DNA of 61,725 bases, filler included, from Bipalium vagum (lineage: Eukaryota), in assembly GCA_037834085.1 (NCBI GenBank). It is 3 parts of 3 records of this genome, joined end to end, with 100 filler letters (N's around TTAATTAATTAA, not from the genome) between each part and the next. Parts side by side here need not be neighbours in the genome. Positions count along the whole stretch, not along the records: positions 27,213 to 44,151 come from JBBMKC010085188.1; positions 44,252 to 61,725 come from JBBMKC010063919.1; 1 more part is not named here. One strand, given 5' to 3'. The notes beneath the pieces are model-generated. The model ran no database searches. It had not been told where the DNA came from and saw only the letters and a list, made by a program, of their open reading frames with translations. The position numbers were made by a program, and so were the translations under genes. Positions 35,745 to 47,299 of the stretch are shown one piece after another; positions within the stretch are counted from its first letter, which is position 1, and each line of letters starts with the position of its first letter.

Positions 35745-36644
35745 TCAATTGAAAGTGGAATAAATCTCGTTCAGCTCCTTTTGCCATCCTAACAATTCGC
35801 TGATGCTCTTCACAGCCTCGTCGCAGGTCGAGAGGAGAAAGCAATCTTGTTTCGAACGTTCCAAGGCAACACCTCCGACCGGTTCTTCGTTGTTGATGGT
35901 CAAGATTGGAGTGTCCTTCGCGGCCATCCCAATGAACTGGTTGAACGGTGAAACCATTAGCGAGCTCCCCATGACAATGATCAGATCGGCTTGAGCGATC
36001 TTGTCGATGTTTTCAAACACCTTCCGCGGCAACGACTCTCCGAACAGAACGATATCGGGCTTGACGAGACCTTGGCATGATTTTTTTCCAGTGCATTTTA
36101 TGTAGTCCCGGTTGGCCAGTTCTTGGTTCATTTCCTCGAACGAGAATTCCTTATTGCAGGCCAAGCAATGACCGGTTCGGAAGTGCCCGTGACACTCGAC
36201 GTTGATGGAATCTGAAATGCCGACTTTGTGATCGAGTCCGTCAACATTTTGGGTAAAATTGCGATACAAAAGACCCTTGTTCTGGAGAAGTTTGATGAAG
36301 CAGTGAGTGAGAGTCGGCTTGTACTGCTTTTCAAGGAACTCTTTGGCGATACAATAAAAGACTTTTGGGTCAATTTTGAAATAGCTCAAGTCGAACACGA
36401 GCTCGGGATTGGAAATTTTCATTTTTGACTTCAGCAGATTGTACAAACCATCCTCACTACGAAAGTCAGGTATCCCGGCAGCAGTGGAGATTCCTGCCCC
36501 GGTGAATGTAATAATTTTGCAATTTCCGTTACGGATGCGCTTAACAATGTCGTTGAGATTTTCAGTTTTACAAGGCAGCGTGACATTGTTTAATTCTTCT
36601 AATAAATTGGAAACGTCGAAGGACTTGGAACTTTTGTCGGCCAT
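35745..36644 (-). CDS. SIRT2: NAD-dependent deacetylase, sirtuin class Ib (SIRT2-like), intronless, 299 aa
   Basis: GAGISTAAGIPDFRS, TQNVDGL, HG, Zn cysteines CLAC...CTGKKSC, KPDIVLFGE, GSSLMVSPF; first ATG at 36644 (MADKSS). SIRT2 vs SIRT3 needs phylogeny. Confidence 0.9.
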   Translation of the reverse strand: MADKSSKSFDVSNLLEELNNVTLPCKTENLNDIVKRIRNGNCKIITFTGAGISTAAGIPDFRSEDGLYNLLKSKMKISNPELVFDLSYFKIDPKVFYCIAKEFLEKQYKPTLTHCFIKLLQNKGLLYRNFTQNVDGLDHKVGISDSINVECHGHFRTGHCLACNKEFSFEEMNQELANRDYIKCTGKKSCQGLVKPDIVLFGESLPRKVFENIDKIAQADLIIVMGSSLMVSPFNQFIGMAAKDTPILTINNEEPVGGVALERSKQDCFLLSTCDEAVKSISELLGWQKELNEIYSTFN

Positions 36645-37279
36645 TGAAATGATACTGTTTTGGTTAAGGTTAACGATGATTAATGGAATGACTGAATCAA
36701 GTTTGAAAGTGACATAAACTTTGTTAGTTGGTTTAAACAAATTCTGTTAAGTGTTTATTTGGATTTACTTTAGGTAATAAAAAATATTGAAGTTGATAAC
36801 AAAATTCTTAAATAAAATGAAAAATAAAAATTGTTAATAATAATGATAATATCTAATAAAAGTAATGAATCTAAGGAAATTACAAAAAAGATAAACTTAA
36901 AATTTCCAAGTCTTCGAAGCAGAAATTTAATATTTTCTATTATTATTATTATATATCATATAAGAAATTTAATTGAGAAAATAACTATGAAGACGTACAT
37001 AATGTGGTTTTATGAAGCTTTTCGGAGTTAAATATTTTCTATGAATAATTTCCAATAAATTAAATTATAAATTTCCTGTTATCTTTTTCAAGTTTTAGTA
37101 ACTGTTTTGTAAGTTCAAAGTTTATAAATACATACTTAAAATTCATGATATCAAGAATTTAATTAAAGTATAGAAATAGAAAAACTTTTATTTCCGTACT
37201 TTAAAATATATTTGAGATCTATAATAGTAAAAAAATATTAATAGTGAAATATCACTAGTTAATTGAACACCATTGTTTA

Positions 37280-37930
37280 TGAATAACTTTGTAGATTTAA
37301 TTTGTTTCTTTATTTGTCAAAGAGTTGACTAAATTTTCCAAAGTTATCTTTTCGATCTTTTCTTAGTTAAGCTGGTCTGTAAATTTCAGCTTCTCAAAAG
37401 ACTGAAATTGTCTTCCAACTATATAGACTTGACAACCAGGTTGTTCCGATGAATATTCTATAGCATTAAAGTTCGGATTACATGGGGGTCATTGCTAGAC
37501 AATAATTTAGATTTGTCTTTCTTTATTCCATTTTAAAGAGGAGCTAAAAGCATGACATAAAAAGTTATCTTGCTGAAGTATGTATCATCACTGTCTTATT
37601 TATTGAGGAAAGGGAAAAGATTATTTGTTAAGTTCTTCTAGCACACCCACCGGTTTTGATTTTGAGAAGCAAACTCAAGAGCTAACTTTTCATGTAAGCC
37701 AAAACACGAAATCATTAAGGATTCCATTAAAGTTTGTTTTCTTCAATTAATTAACTCCTCCTGTCTCAGGTCGTGCCAATTGTTAAACACCATTTGGTCT
37801 GCCTAAGTTAAATTTCTATTCATCATTCCTCATCACATATTTTCTAATAAACGTTCAAAACCATTTTAATTTTAGCCCAATACAATCGATGTTCTTTGTG
37901 TTCAGTTCTCACTAGTGGCTTTACCATAAT
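37280..37930 (-). mobile_element. Decayed Tc1/Tc3-like transposase
   Basis: KPLVRTEHKEHRLYWAK, NWHDLRQEE, LQQDN, *PPCNPNFNAIE, VYIVGRQF. Confidence 0.8.
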
Positions 37931-38556
37931 TTTCTTACATATCCTAACCAAAGACTTCTTTAAAACACTTCTTATGATCTGTTACTTAACATAAATAGAG
38001 TTAACTTAAACAAATCAATGATCATTGGTATTTTAATTACACATCAGCCTTTTAATTATTAAATTTACTTATTCTAATAATTTTATTTTTAATTTAATTA
38101 TTTTTATATCGTTACAAAGCACATTTTTTGATTAAGATTTATAATTTATATTTTTTGAATTTTAAGTTAATTATTAATAATATTTTGATCAAAAAAGATT
38201 TTATTATTAATTATTACTTTTACCAAATAATTATACACTACATTTAAAATGAATTTACAAAATAAGGAGATGCCACATGGATTTTTCATGCATAAAATCA
38301 AATTTTTTACTTTTTAATTCCTTATATTTTTCAAAATACTATTCATTGCCTAATTTTTCGTATTGCATAGAAAACTCTAAGTCCAGCATCATTGATATAA
38401 AGTTTTTTGTTTGTAGATTGAGTACGTTATACACTCTAAAACATTACATTTTTGTTAATTTGATTCTTTTCAAAAATCGAACGGCACAAAATTTGTTAAT
38501 AATAACAATCAATGAAAAGAGATCAAAACCAACTCTTTATTAAACAATACACCAAC

Positions 38557-41500
38557 TTATTGATAATTCTTCACGGTTTCATGCCATCGCCTGACGTTGG
38601 CATATTTCCCCAGCAGAGCCTCGCTGACCTTGTTCTCGTCCAAATAATACCAGAGAAGACCATCTGCTATGGTAGGCGTTTTAGAACCGGCTAAGAACGT
38701 TTCCTTGGTTAATCGCTCATTTACAAAGTCCAACGTATCCTTCACAGCCATTTTGGCACCACTTGTCGCCTGGCCATTAAGCCAGTTACACCACTGCTTC
38801 ACTAGCACTATCTCCAACTCCGTTTTAACGCCACGACAATCAACGAATCTCAACTGCTTACATACGTTCCGCTTCTGTTCCTCCGTCGTTCTTACAGTGA
38901 ACATTTGTTCCAACAAGCGATCACAAAATAGATCCTCCCCACCGGGAAAAGCCGACTCGGAAGAATCGATTGCCGTAAAGATTTTTAACTTTGAATTCTC
39001 AAAAATCAATACTGAACCCTCTCCACTGTTAACGCTGTTATCGCCTTGGCAATAATCATTCGACAATCGACAATTACTCAAAGGCAAAATGACATCGTCA
39101 ACGAAATCTCGACAAAAATCGACATCGATCGATCGGTAGGAAATCGATAAAGTCTGTTTGTCAAGCATTGATCGTTCTTTGCGAAACGATCGAATCTTTC
39201 GAACGGTTTCCATGGCCAGGTCCATATTCCTATCGATATCCGGTTGGTGGAATTGTGAATATCGACTAGTATCTGGGTACGGTGACACCATTATTGATTC
39301 TTCTTCCTGTGGTTGTTCATCCTCCATTTTCTCTTCCTGCTTACAGTCACTATTCCTCTTCATTTTGTCCGGTAATCGCTGGAACAATTCCTCCGTAATG
39401 AACGGCATTATCGGATGCAACAGGCGCAGACCGACGTCGATACATTGCCATAGCACTCGGGCAATTATCGATTTTCGGGAACCCTGTTCCGACGACAATC
39501 GGAACGGTTTCGCATACTCGATGTAAACGTCGCAGAACTCATACAACCAAAACCGATAAATCGATGTCGTTGCCGCCGAGAAATTGTACGCTCCAAAATG
39601 TTCATTCATTTCCTTGACAACCATTGCTAAGCAAGATAGAATCCATTGATCGGTGCTGGATAAAAGATTTTTGTTATCATTAGTTTCTTTCTTCTCCAAT
39701 CGATTTTCGATCCATCGATCACTATCTTCATCAATCGATATCGACCCCGAGAACATTTGGCAGAACTTGAACGCCTGCCAGATCTTGTTGCAGAAGTTCC
39801 GATACCCCTTGACCCGCAATACATCCAGATTGATGTCACGAGCCTGGGATGTGTATGCGAGCAGTGCAAACCTTAGTGCATCTGTTCCACACTGGGGAAT
39901 GCCCTGTGGGAAGTCTTTGGCCTGGGTAGCGCGAGCCTGTGTCAGTTCGCGCTGGTCCAAGTTCCCGTGTTCTAGTGCTGCTTGGAGCGCCTCCAGAGTG
40001 ATTCCGTGGATGATATCGTACGGGTTGAGAACATTTCCCAATGATTTGCTCATTTTACGACCATGGGCGTCGCGGATCATTGCGTGCAAATACACAGTAT
40101 CGAATGGAAGCCGTCCTTTCATCATTTTTAGGCCGATCATGACCATGCGAGCAACCCAGAAAAAGATTATATCATGTCCTGTTTCAAGGAGATTGCCCGG
40201 ATAGAATTTTTCGAGGTCAGCTGTCTGATCGGGCCAACCGAGCGTTGCAAAAGGAAATAGTTGCGATGAGAACCATGTATCCAGCACGTCCGGGTCCTGC
40301 TCCACTGTCACGTCGGCCGAGTCTCTGCCGTACTTTTGTCGAGCTAGCTCCAGAGCTTCTTGTTCCGATCGAGCAGCAATCCAGTCCTCCTCAGGCCCCT
40401 GGTCGTGCTCAACTTTGTATTCCTCTGATTCTTTTTTACCATTTTCCGGTATACCTGCTTCGTTTCTCCTCACGACCCGGTACATAGGGATCCGGTGACC
40501 CCACCACAGCTGGCGAGAGATGCACCAATCGTGACAGTCTTCCATCCAACGCTGCCAGACCAGATCGTGCACGCCCTCCGGCAGCAGCTTCAGCGTTCCG
40601 TCACGTACCACTCGCAGTGCTTCCGATGCCATGTCTTGGCATCGCAAGTACCATTGACGCTTGATCATTGGCTCAATGATGTCCTTGCTCTTGCTGCATA
40701 CAGGGATAACCATGGCGTTGTCGGTGGTGCGGTCGAAGAGGCCAAGCTCGACCAATCGCTTTTCAACAGCGCGTCTGGCGTCGAACCGCTTCATACCGCT
40801 GAACTCACCGTAGCCGTCGCAAACCCGACCGTCGTCTGTGAACACGGTGACGAATTGGAGCCCATGTCTCATGCCCACCTCGTAGTCGTTATGGTCGTGT
40901 GCAGGTGTGATCTTGACGGCCCCCGTCCCAAACTCACGGTCCACAAACTCGTCGCAGATGATCGGTATCGAACGATCGGCTACAAACGGATGACGTGCAA
41001 AGCGGCCCTGTAGGTGCCAGTAGCGATCATCGTCAGGGTGGACGGCAATGGCCGTGTCGCCCAGCATCGTCTCGAGACGCGTCGTGCCCACAAAAATCTT
41101 TTCCTCTTCATCCCCGGAAGAAGTCCCGGTTCCGATGACCCGGTATGCGAAGTGGGACATGGTACCGAACTCGATAGGCCGCTCGTACCCTGGTACGGTG
41201 ATAAAGGTACGCTTCGCGATTTCGATTTTCTCTACTTCGATGTCGCTGATTGCTGATCGCAGCGAGCATGACCAGTTGACGAGGCGCTTCGACCGGTAAA
41301 TGAGACCGTCTCCGTGCAGTCTGATAAATGTTTCCACGACAGCCCGGTTCATTGACGCATCCATCGTGAAGCGTAGTCGAGTGAAGTCACAACTCGAGCC
41401 CAACTGTTTCAGCTGGTCGATGATTTGGTTGCCCTTGTCCTGCTTCCAGCGCCAGATCTCCTCCACGAATCTATCCCGGCCCAAATCGTGTCGCGTCTGG

Positions 41501-42069
41501 TTGCGCTCCCGAAGTATTTTCTTTTCCACCACCGTCTGTGTAGCAATCCCCGCGTGGTCTGTGCCTGGCAGCCACAGCGTTTGCTTGCCCAACATCCGGT
41601 TCCAGCGTACGATTGTATCTTCAATGCTTATGGTTAGAGCGTGTCCGATGTGCAAAATTCCCGTCACGTTTGGCGGCGGAATCATGATAACGAACTTCTC
41701 ATTGGATTTCTTTTCGTTGTATTCCGGTCGGAAATACCCCTGGGCTTCCCACCAGCTGTGCCAGCCTTCTTCAGTGTACAGAGGACAATAAGTCTTTGGT
41801 AACTCTCGCTCTACGTCTTTCTTGGTGCCCACAGGCGTGCTGATGTCCACTTTTGTTTTATCGGATACTTTTATGGTGATTTTCTATTTTTATAAAGATT
41901 ATTATTTTTAATGATTATCGCAATATTTTTTTAAAGTCTTTACTTTGTCAACATTGTTCTTGAATTTTGGCTTATTTAGAAATTTCTGTAATGTTTCCGC
42001 TTTCTTTTTCTCTTTTGCAAGCTTTTTTTCTTCCTTTGAAAGTTTTATGTTACACGCAATTTTTTCCAT
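38557..42069 (-). CDS. VARS1: Cytosolic valyl-tRNA synthetase with C-terminal GST-C-like domain; exons 42069-41944 and 41883-38557
   Basis: PPPNVTGILHIGH, DHAGIATQ, TTRLETMLGD, GTGAVKITPAHD, DWCISRQLWWGHRIP, KMSKS. A 60-nt GT-AG intron (41943-41884) joins a Lys-rich ATG exon (MEKIAC...VDK) in frame. Confidence 0.96.
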
Positions 42070-44151
42070 TGGCTTAATTTGTTTTCAAATATTATTTAAA
42101 CAAACATTTCAAGTGTTGTAATTAAATTATTGATGCTAAAATAAATGTTTTATATTGATGTATCAATTACTGTTAAAAATTGAGAAAATTAATTTAATGA
42201 ATAATTTAATTTAATTTAAAAAATTAAAATTAATAAAGAAAAATTAATGACTGAATAAAATATTTTTATCACTCAATTTAAAAAAACTTACTCAGAACTT
42301 ATTCATTAATTTTATGAGGTATTTCAATAAATAAAAAATTATTTATGTCAAATATGTTTAGATCTTAAATAAGATAAATTAAAAGTTTTAATTACAATTT
42401 TTCGATGTGAGATTTCACGATAAAATATTTCTGAATTCTAAATTAATATGCCTCGGGATGTCATATTTCTGTTAAATATTTCATTAAGATTATTTAATCT
42501 GAATAGGATTTATCTTTTTTCCGAATTTAACTTCTTCGTCCTTAATTTTTTTATTTTAGTTGAAGCTAAACTTGAAAGAATGAGTCCTAACTTTCTGGAA
42601 CTTAACTGGGTTCTAGTTCGATCATTATATTTTATGTCACTCCTCTGGGGTTAAAAAATTTTTTTAATCCAATGTTTCCTATATTTTCTTTTGATCTCAT
42701 CTCATTCATCTACCAATCTAAGATGAAAACATATTGACATGTAGTATAAAAAACTCATATTTTGTGCCCATTCGTCATTCTTAATAATAAAAAGGTTATG
42801 ATTATAACAGAGATAAAATCTTAAATTAACATTCTATCTGTAATCGGTTAAAATGGACTTTATTGTCAAAGAAATTTTTTCCTCACCTTTGAATTGAGAG
42901 ATTATTCTTGTCTTTAATTAAATTTTATTCAGTTTGAAAATTGTAATATTACCAATATTATTAAGTGGCAATAAACAAATTTCTTTATTGTGCTGATTTT
43001 TACTTATGAATCTTCTTTAAATCTTTTGAAGTCAGGTTTCATTTTAACTTATAATAAATTAAATAGATTATAACTCAAAAGAATACCATTTGAGTGAATA
43101 AACGACTAGTAAAAATGTTTTTGTTAAAGTTTATATAAAAATTAAAGTTGTCTGTTTGAAAGACCATTCATTAAAAGTAAAATAGAACTTGAACCTCAAA
43201 GAAACATCACACAAAGTAAAATTTTTGCAATTTTTCGAAAGCCATGATATTTTTGGTCATTTTGAGTCTAATATTGAAAAGATTCTCATTGTCTTCATAA
43301 AAGACAATGAAAAATTTTTTATTAAAAATTTTAGTTTTATTTTAATAAGTGATCTACTTCATGGAAAACTAAGATACTTGACATTAGTAACTTTCATTTA
43401 CTCCTGTATTCTATATTACCTTGTGGATCCTTCTTTGCACTCTTTCATCCCAATTTTTAATTTTAGATGCAAGTAGAATAAGAAATTCAACCTGAAGACC
43501 ACCACCCAACCATAACATTTTTTCAAAGAATTTACGACTGGTTGAGATCTTCACCCATCATTTTTATTTGTAGGTTAGATCATGTATACACATCAAACAA
43601 TTTATTTTCTGAAAAAATAGATGAAAACTGATATTGTAAATTTTGTAAAAAAGATATTTTAAAAAACAAAAGTCATCATAAAGGTACGATAAGCTATGAA
43701 AAAAAATAAACAAAAAGCAACAAGAACAACCAAAAAAGCCACACAACTTTTCATCTATTTACATATATTTAAATATTTTGAATTTTATGTATAAAATGTA
43801 TTAGATGAATTTGTAAACGAACTAAATAAAATAAATAATATTTTAACTTCAACAGTCAAAAAGACAAGTAATTATTATAAAGATGAAAAAATAATATTTG
43901 AAGATGAAAAAATTAACTATTCAAAATAAAGAAAGTGAATATGTTAAGTTTTTGCTTAAAAGGTTGATTCTACAAGAACTTAACAAAATTTCGACTCTCA
44001 GAAGGGTTTACGGATTTGAGACCTTTTCGATAGTGATGATTCTTCTGCGCGTTCAAATATGAATAATTGTATATATGATTCGTCTTGGTATTTGATCTTT
44101 CTACGATGACTATCTTGCTATTCTATTTCTTTCTGCCTGCTTTACCTAACC

Positions 44152-44251
44152 NNNNNNNNNNNNNNNNNNNNNNNNNNNNNNNNNNNNNNNNNNNNTTAAT
44201 TAATTAANNNNNNNNNNNNNNNNNNNNNNNNNNNNNNNNNNNNNNNNNNNN
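44152..44251. other. Artificial 100-bp contig spacer (44N-TTAATTAATTAA-44N)
   Basis: Identical to 27113-27212. Confidence 0.97.
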
Positions 44252-44486
44252 ATATAATATAATATAATATTATTTCCGTATAGACTAGATTTATATGAAC
44301 AAAAATTCTAATAATATAAAAATATATTTAATGAAAAATGAAAATAGATTTACATCTTTAAATAACAGAATAAATGTTTTATGAATATGTTGATGAACGA
44401 TTTACATAATAATAATTTTACTTTAAACACGAAAATCTTCATGATATCAAATGTCCAAAGAGCTCATGTATGCATTTTTGCAGACC

Positions 44487-45530
44487 TTAGACCTCGTGTC
44501 TTGCGGTCAATTCGGTTAAATAAATGTTGGACCTGGTAGTTGAGATGTGGAGCATTTCTTTCAATTTCATTCGAAATGTCGGATTGGAAATGGTATAAAC
44601 GAGAATATTTATTACGGAATCCATGTATACAAGCAGATTTGCTATCGTTGCCAAAAGAAGATCCTCTATCACTTTCCCGTTTTTCATGAGATACGATTGT
44701 AGGACTTTGCTGAAAAATGACGGTGTCTCCAGAAAGAAAAACGTGAAACATATAACTAACATCAAAATATCACCGGACACGGCATTATTTGACTTTTTGG
44801 ATTTTCTCGATATTGAATGTCGGTATTTTTTCATTTTCCATATCACTCGCATTACAGATATACTGAGGATACTTGTAATGACAACCGGAGCTCCCGTTTG
44901 AATGATGAAGATCAACGATCCTTGATATCCGTATTTATACCAGTGGTATTTAAGTAGACCCGGTCTAAGGTCTAGTTGTCCCTCACAGAACCTTGCTTCA
45001 AATTCAAAAGTTCTGGGAAACGCAATGATAGCAGCTATGAAATAGGTCAACCATAAGATTTTAACTGTCGTATTTTCGTGGTAAATCTTTTTACTGCCTA
45101 AAGGTCTACATATACTTTCAAATCGATAGGTTGCAAGAAGCAGGATAGTCCAATTTCGACAAATCAAGCTGGTAGAAACGCAAAATATCCCCGTCTGTAA
45201 TATGACAACCCAAAATACTTTCGAATGGTAACTTATTGAAGGGTAATCGATGACTTTCGTCACAGCGTACAAAAAGCCTGAAAAGTTGAACAGAATCTCT
45301 GTTGCTGACAAATACTTCAAAAGGGTACTGAGAATTGATTTTTTCCAAATATTATCAAAGAATATAAGCAAGCAGAATCCATTCAATATTATACTGATTA
45401 TAGGCAAAACAAGCAGTACGTAATTATGGAAATTGTATATCAATAATGCAAATTGTACGGGATATTCTTGGGAGTTGTTCGAATAATTTCCTCCCAAATC
45501 AAGTCTGTTGGTACAATTAAGATTTTCCAT
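44487..45530 (-). CDS. Intronless class A (rhodopsin-like) GPCR, peptide-receptor-like orphan, 347 aa
   Basis: Seven hydrophobic segments; N-terminal sequons NCT, NYS, NNS; TM3 RNWTILLLATYRFESICRP; TM6 FFLETP; TM7 DSVINILVYTISNPTFR; first ATG at 45530. Confidence 0.92.
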   Translation of the reverse strand: MENLNCTNRLDLGGNYSNNSQEYPVQFALLIYNFHNYVLLVLPIISIILNGFCLLIFFDNIWKKSILSTLLKYLSATEILFNFSGFLYAVTKVIDYPSISYHSKVFWVVILQTGIFCVSTSLICRNWTILLLATYRFESICRPLGSKKIYHENTTVKILWLTYFIAAIIAFPRTFEFEARFCEGQLDLRPGLLKYHWYKYGYQGSLIFIIQTGAPVVITSILSISVMRVIWKMKKYRHSISRKSKKSNNAVSGDILMLVICFTFFFLETPSFFSKVLQSYLMKNGKVIEDLLLATIANLLVYMDSVINILVYTISNPTFRMKLKEMLHISTTRSNIYLTELTARHEV

Positions 45531-46397
45531 TGAACATTGCCTCTGAATTGAAATTGCTTTCAAAAATGCAATTAATATATTTCAATAATAAAACGAAATA
45601 TATTTCCTACTCCTTTCATTATCATGGCCCATTGAATAAATTAAATGGGGATTTGAAAAAAACAAAGCCACTGACGTTCAATGGGAAATTTTTCAATTGC
45701 AAAACCGTACAAAAAATAAACTTCCTATGACAATTGTAACTAAAATTCTTATGAAAATTGGTTTTGTCCCATTTACAATTTGATAACAGGGGTCTAAATC
45801 TACTCATAGAAATCGAAAAATCTGAGAAAAGTCTCTTTGGAAATTATTAATTTTAATTTACTTTTGATAAACGGGATTAAATAATTTTACAAATTTTATC
45901 GTTTTATTAAAAAAAATTAAGATTTTTTAGATTTTATTTCTTTTTCCATTTTTAATTTCTTTATTACATTTTTTTTAATTAATTAAATTGCTTTTGTGAT
46001 ATGAAAATTTTCTTTTATATAACAAAAATAACTAGAGAAAATAACATGAAAAAATTAAAACAAAACATAATCCGATATAAATAGGATTAATAAGACTAAA
46101 TATGTTTTGTTGACAAGGAATTTTACAGGAATATATTCTTTTAATTTTATATATTATATTTTTTATTATATTTTTCTTTTATTTAATATTTTCAATTGTA
46201 GTATTGTGGAGACTTCCAGGTGGTGCAAAAAATTAAAAATCTTTTTTATCATATTTTTATAAAGAAATAAAACTTGGTTGCTTTGATTTCAGTTTATTTT
46301 GTATGGAATTTTAATGAAAGTATATTTTTTATTTTTGTGTAAAAATAAAATCCAGAGATCCTTCTTTTTTTCTATAAAAAATTATTTTAAAAATAAA

Positions 46398-46481
46398 ATA
46401 TTAGATCATTCGGAAAGTAACGAGGAAATTTTAAGTCAATTAATTCCAAAATGTCTCATCACTTTCCGAATGACGTAATAT
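46398..46481. mobile_element. About 85-bp inverted-repeat element (two TIRs with almost no spacer)
   Basis: atattagatcattcggaaagtaacgagg vs reverse complement atattacgtcattcggaaagtgatgaga. Confidence 0.7.
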
Positions 46482-46719
46482 TAAAATACAAAAAATAAAA
46501 TGAAGTATAAAATGTAAAAAAATATTTCATAAAATTATATTAATTAAAAAAATTATTTTGATGATTAATTATAATTAATATATTATTAATTATAATAATA
46601 TTTGAAAAAATTATTAAAGAGTTAATTAGTAATATAAAGTTACCTACCATAATATTCATAAAAAATGTAATTCTAAATTACTAAAAATAGATTTATAGTG
46701 AAATAATAAAATCTAAAAC

Positions 46720-46951
46720 TATTAGGAGTATCCATAAGTAATCAATTATTTAAGTGGCGAAACAAAAAAAGAATTTAAATACATTATATATTTTTTCAGA
46801 ATAATAAAAACGTTTGAATTTAATTATAATCAATATTCAAGGTCAATGATTGTAATTTAACAAAATAAAACACGTGTTTATATAGTCTGTGCTAGACTAA
46901 AGAAAACATTGCACACTAAAAATAATTGATTACTTATGGGTCCTCCTAATA
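46720..46951. mobile_element. About 230-bp mariner-type MITE
   Basis: TIRs tattaggagtatccataagtaatcaattatt / aataattgattacttatgggtcctcctaata. Confidence 0.85.
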
Positions 46952-47299
46952 GTAACACTAAGAAAATATGTAAGATAAATTATTATAAATACAGGTATTT
47001 CATTGAAAAAAGGCATTATAATAAAGTATTAAAATCACGAAATTCTAAAGAACCAAACAACGCAAAAGAAATTAAAGTCTAAAAGAAACAAACACTAAAA
47101 AGTTCAGAAGTGAAGAATAATATATTCGGAACACTAGAAATATTTAAAAGAAAATAGTGAAACCTATACAAAACAATATTTAGATAATTTTCGAGAAGTC
47201 AAAATATAGTTAAATAGTTAAAAAATAATTTGATTTATTTAATCTAAAAGTTTGATTTTAAACTTCATTCGGACTAATTTAAATACTTAGGTAAATAAT

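Noticed and set aside
36645-36740. N-terminal extension of the sirtuin in the ORF track
   Set aside because: It starts at TTG; the first ATG is at 36644 and there is no evidence the extension is translated.
38669-41791. Many plus-strand and alternative-frame ORFs overlapping ValRS
   Set aside because: Shadow ORFs of a GC-rich coding sequence; no recognisable motifs.
42440-43600. Possible Harbinger-like (RKHWIKK, MKYLTE) and mariner-like (NVMVGWWSSG) traces on the minus strand
   Set aside because: Too degraded to call without a profile search.
27213-44151. Functional gene cluster or operon linking NALCN, LENG8-like, sirtuin, ValRS and the GPCR
   Set aside because: NALCN and the GPCR are across artificial spacers. 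Within contig 2 the genes are functionally unrelated and separated by transposon remnants.
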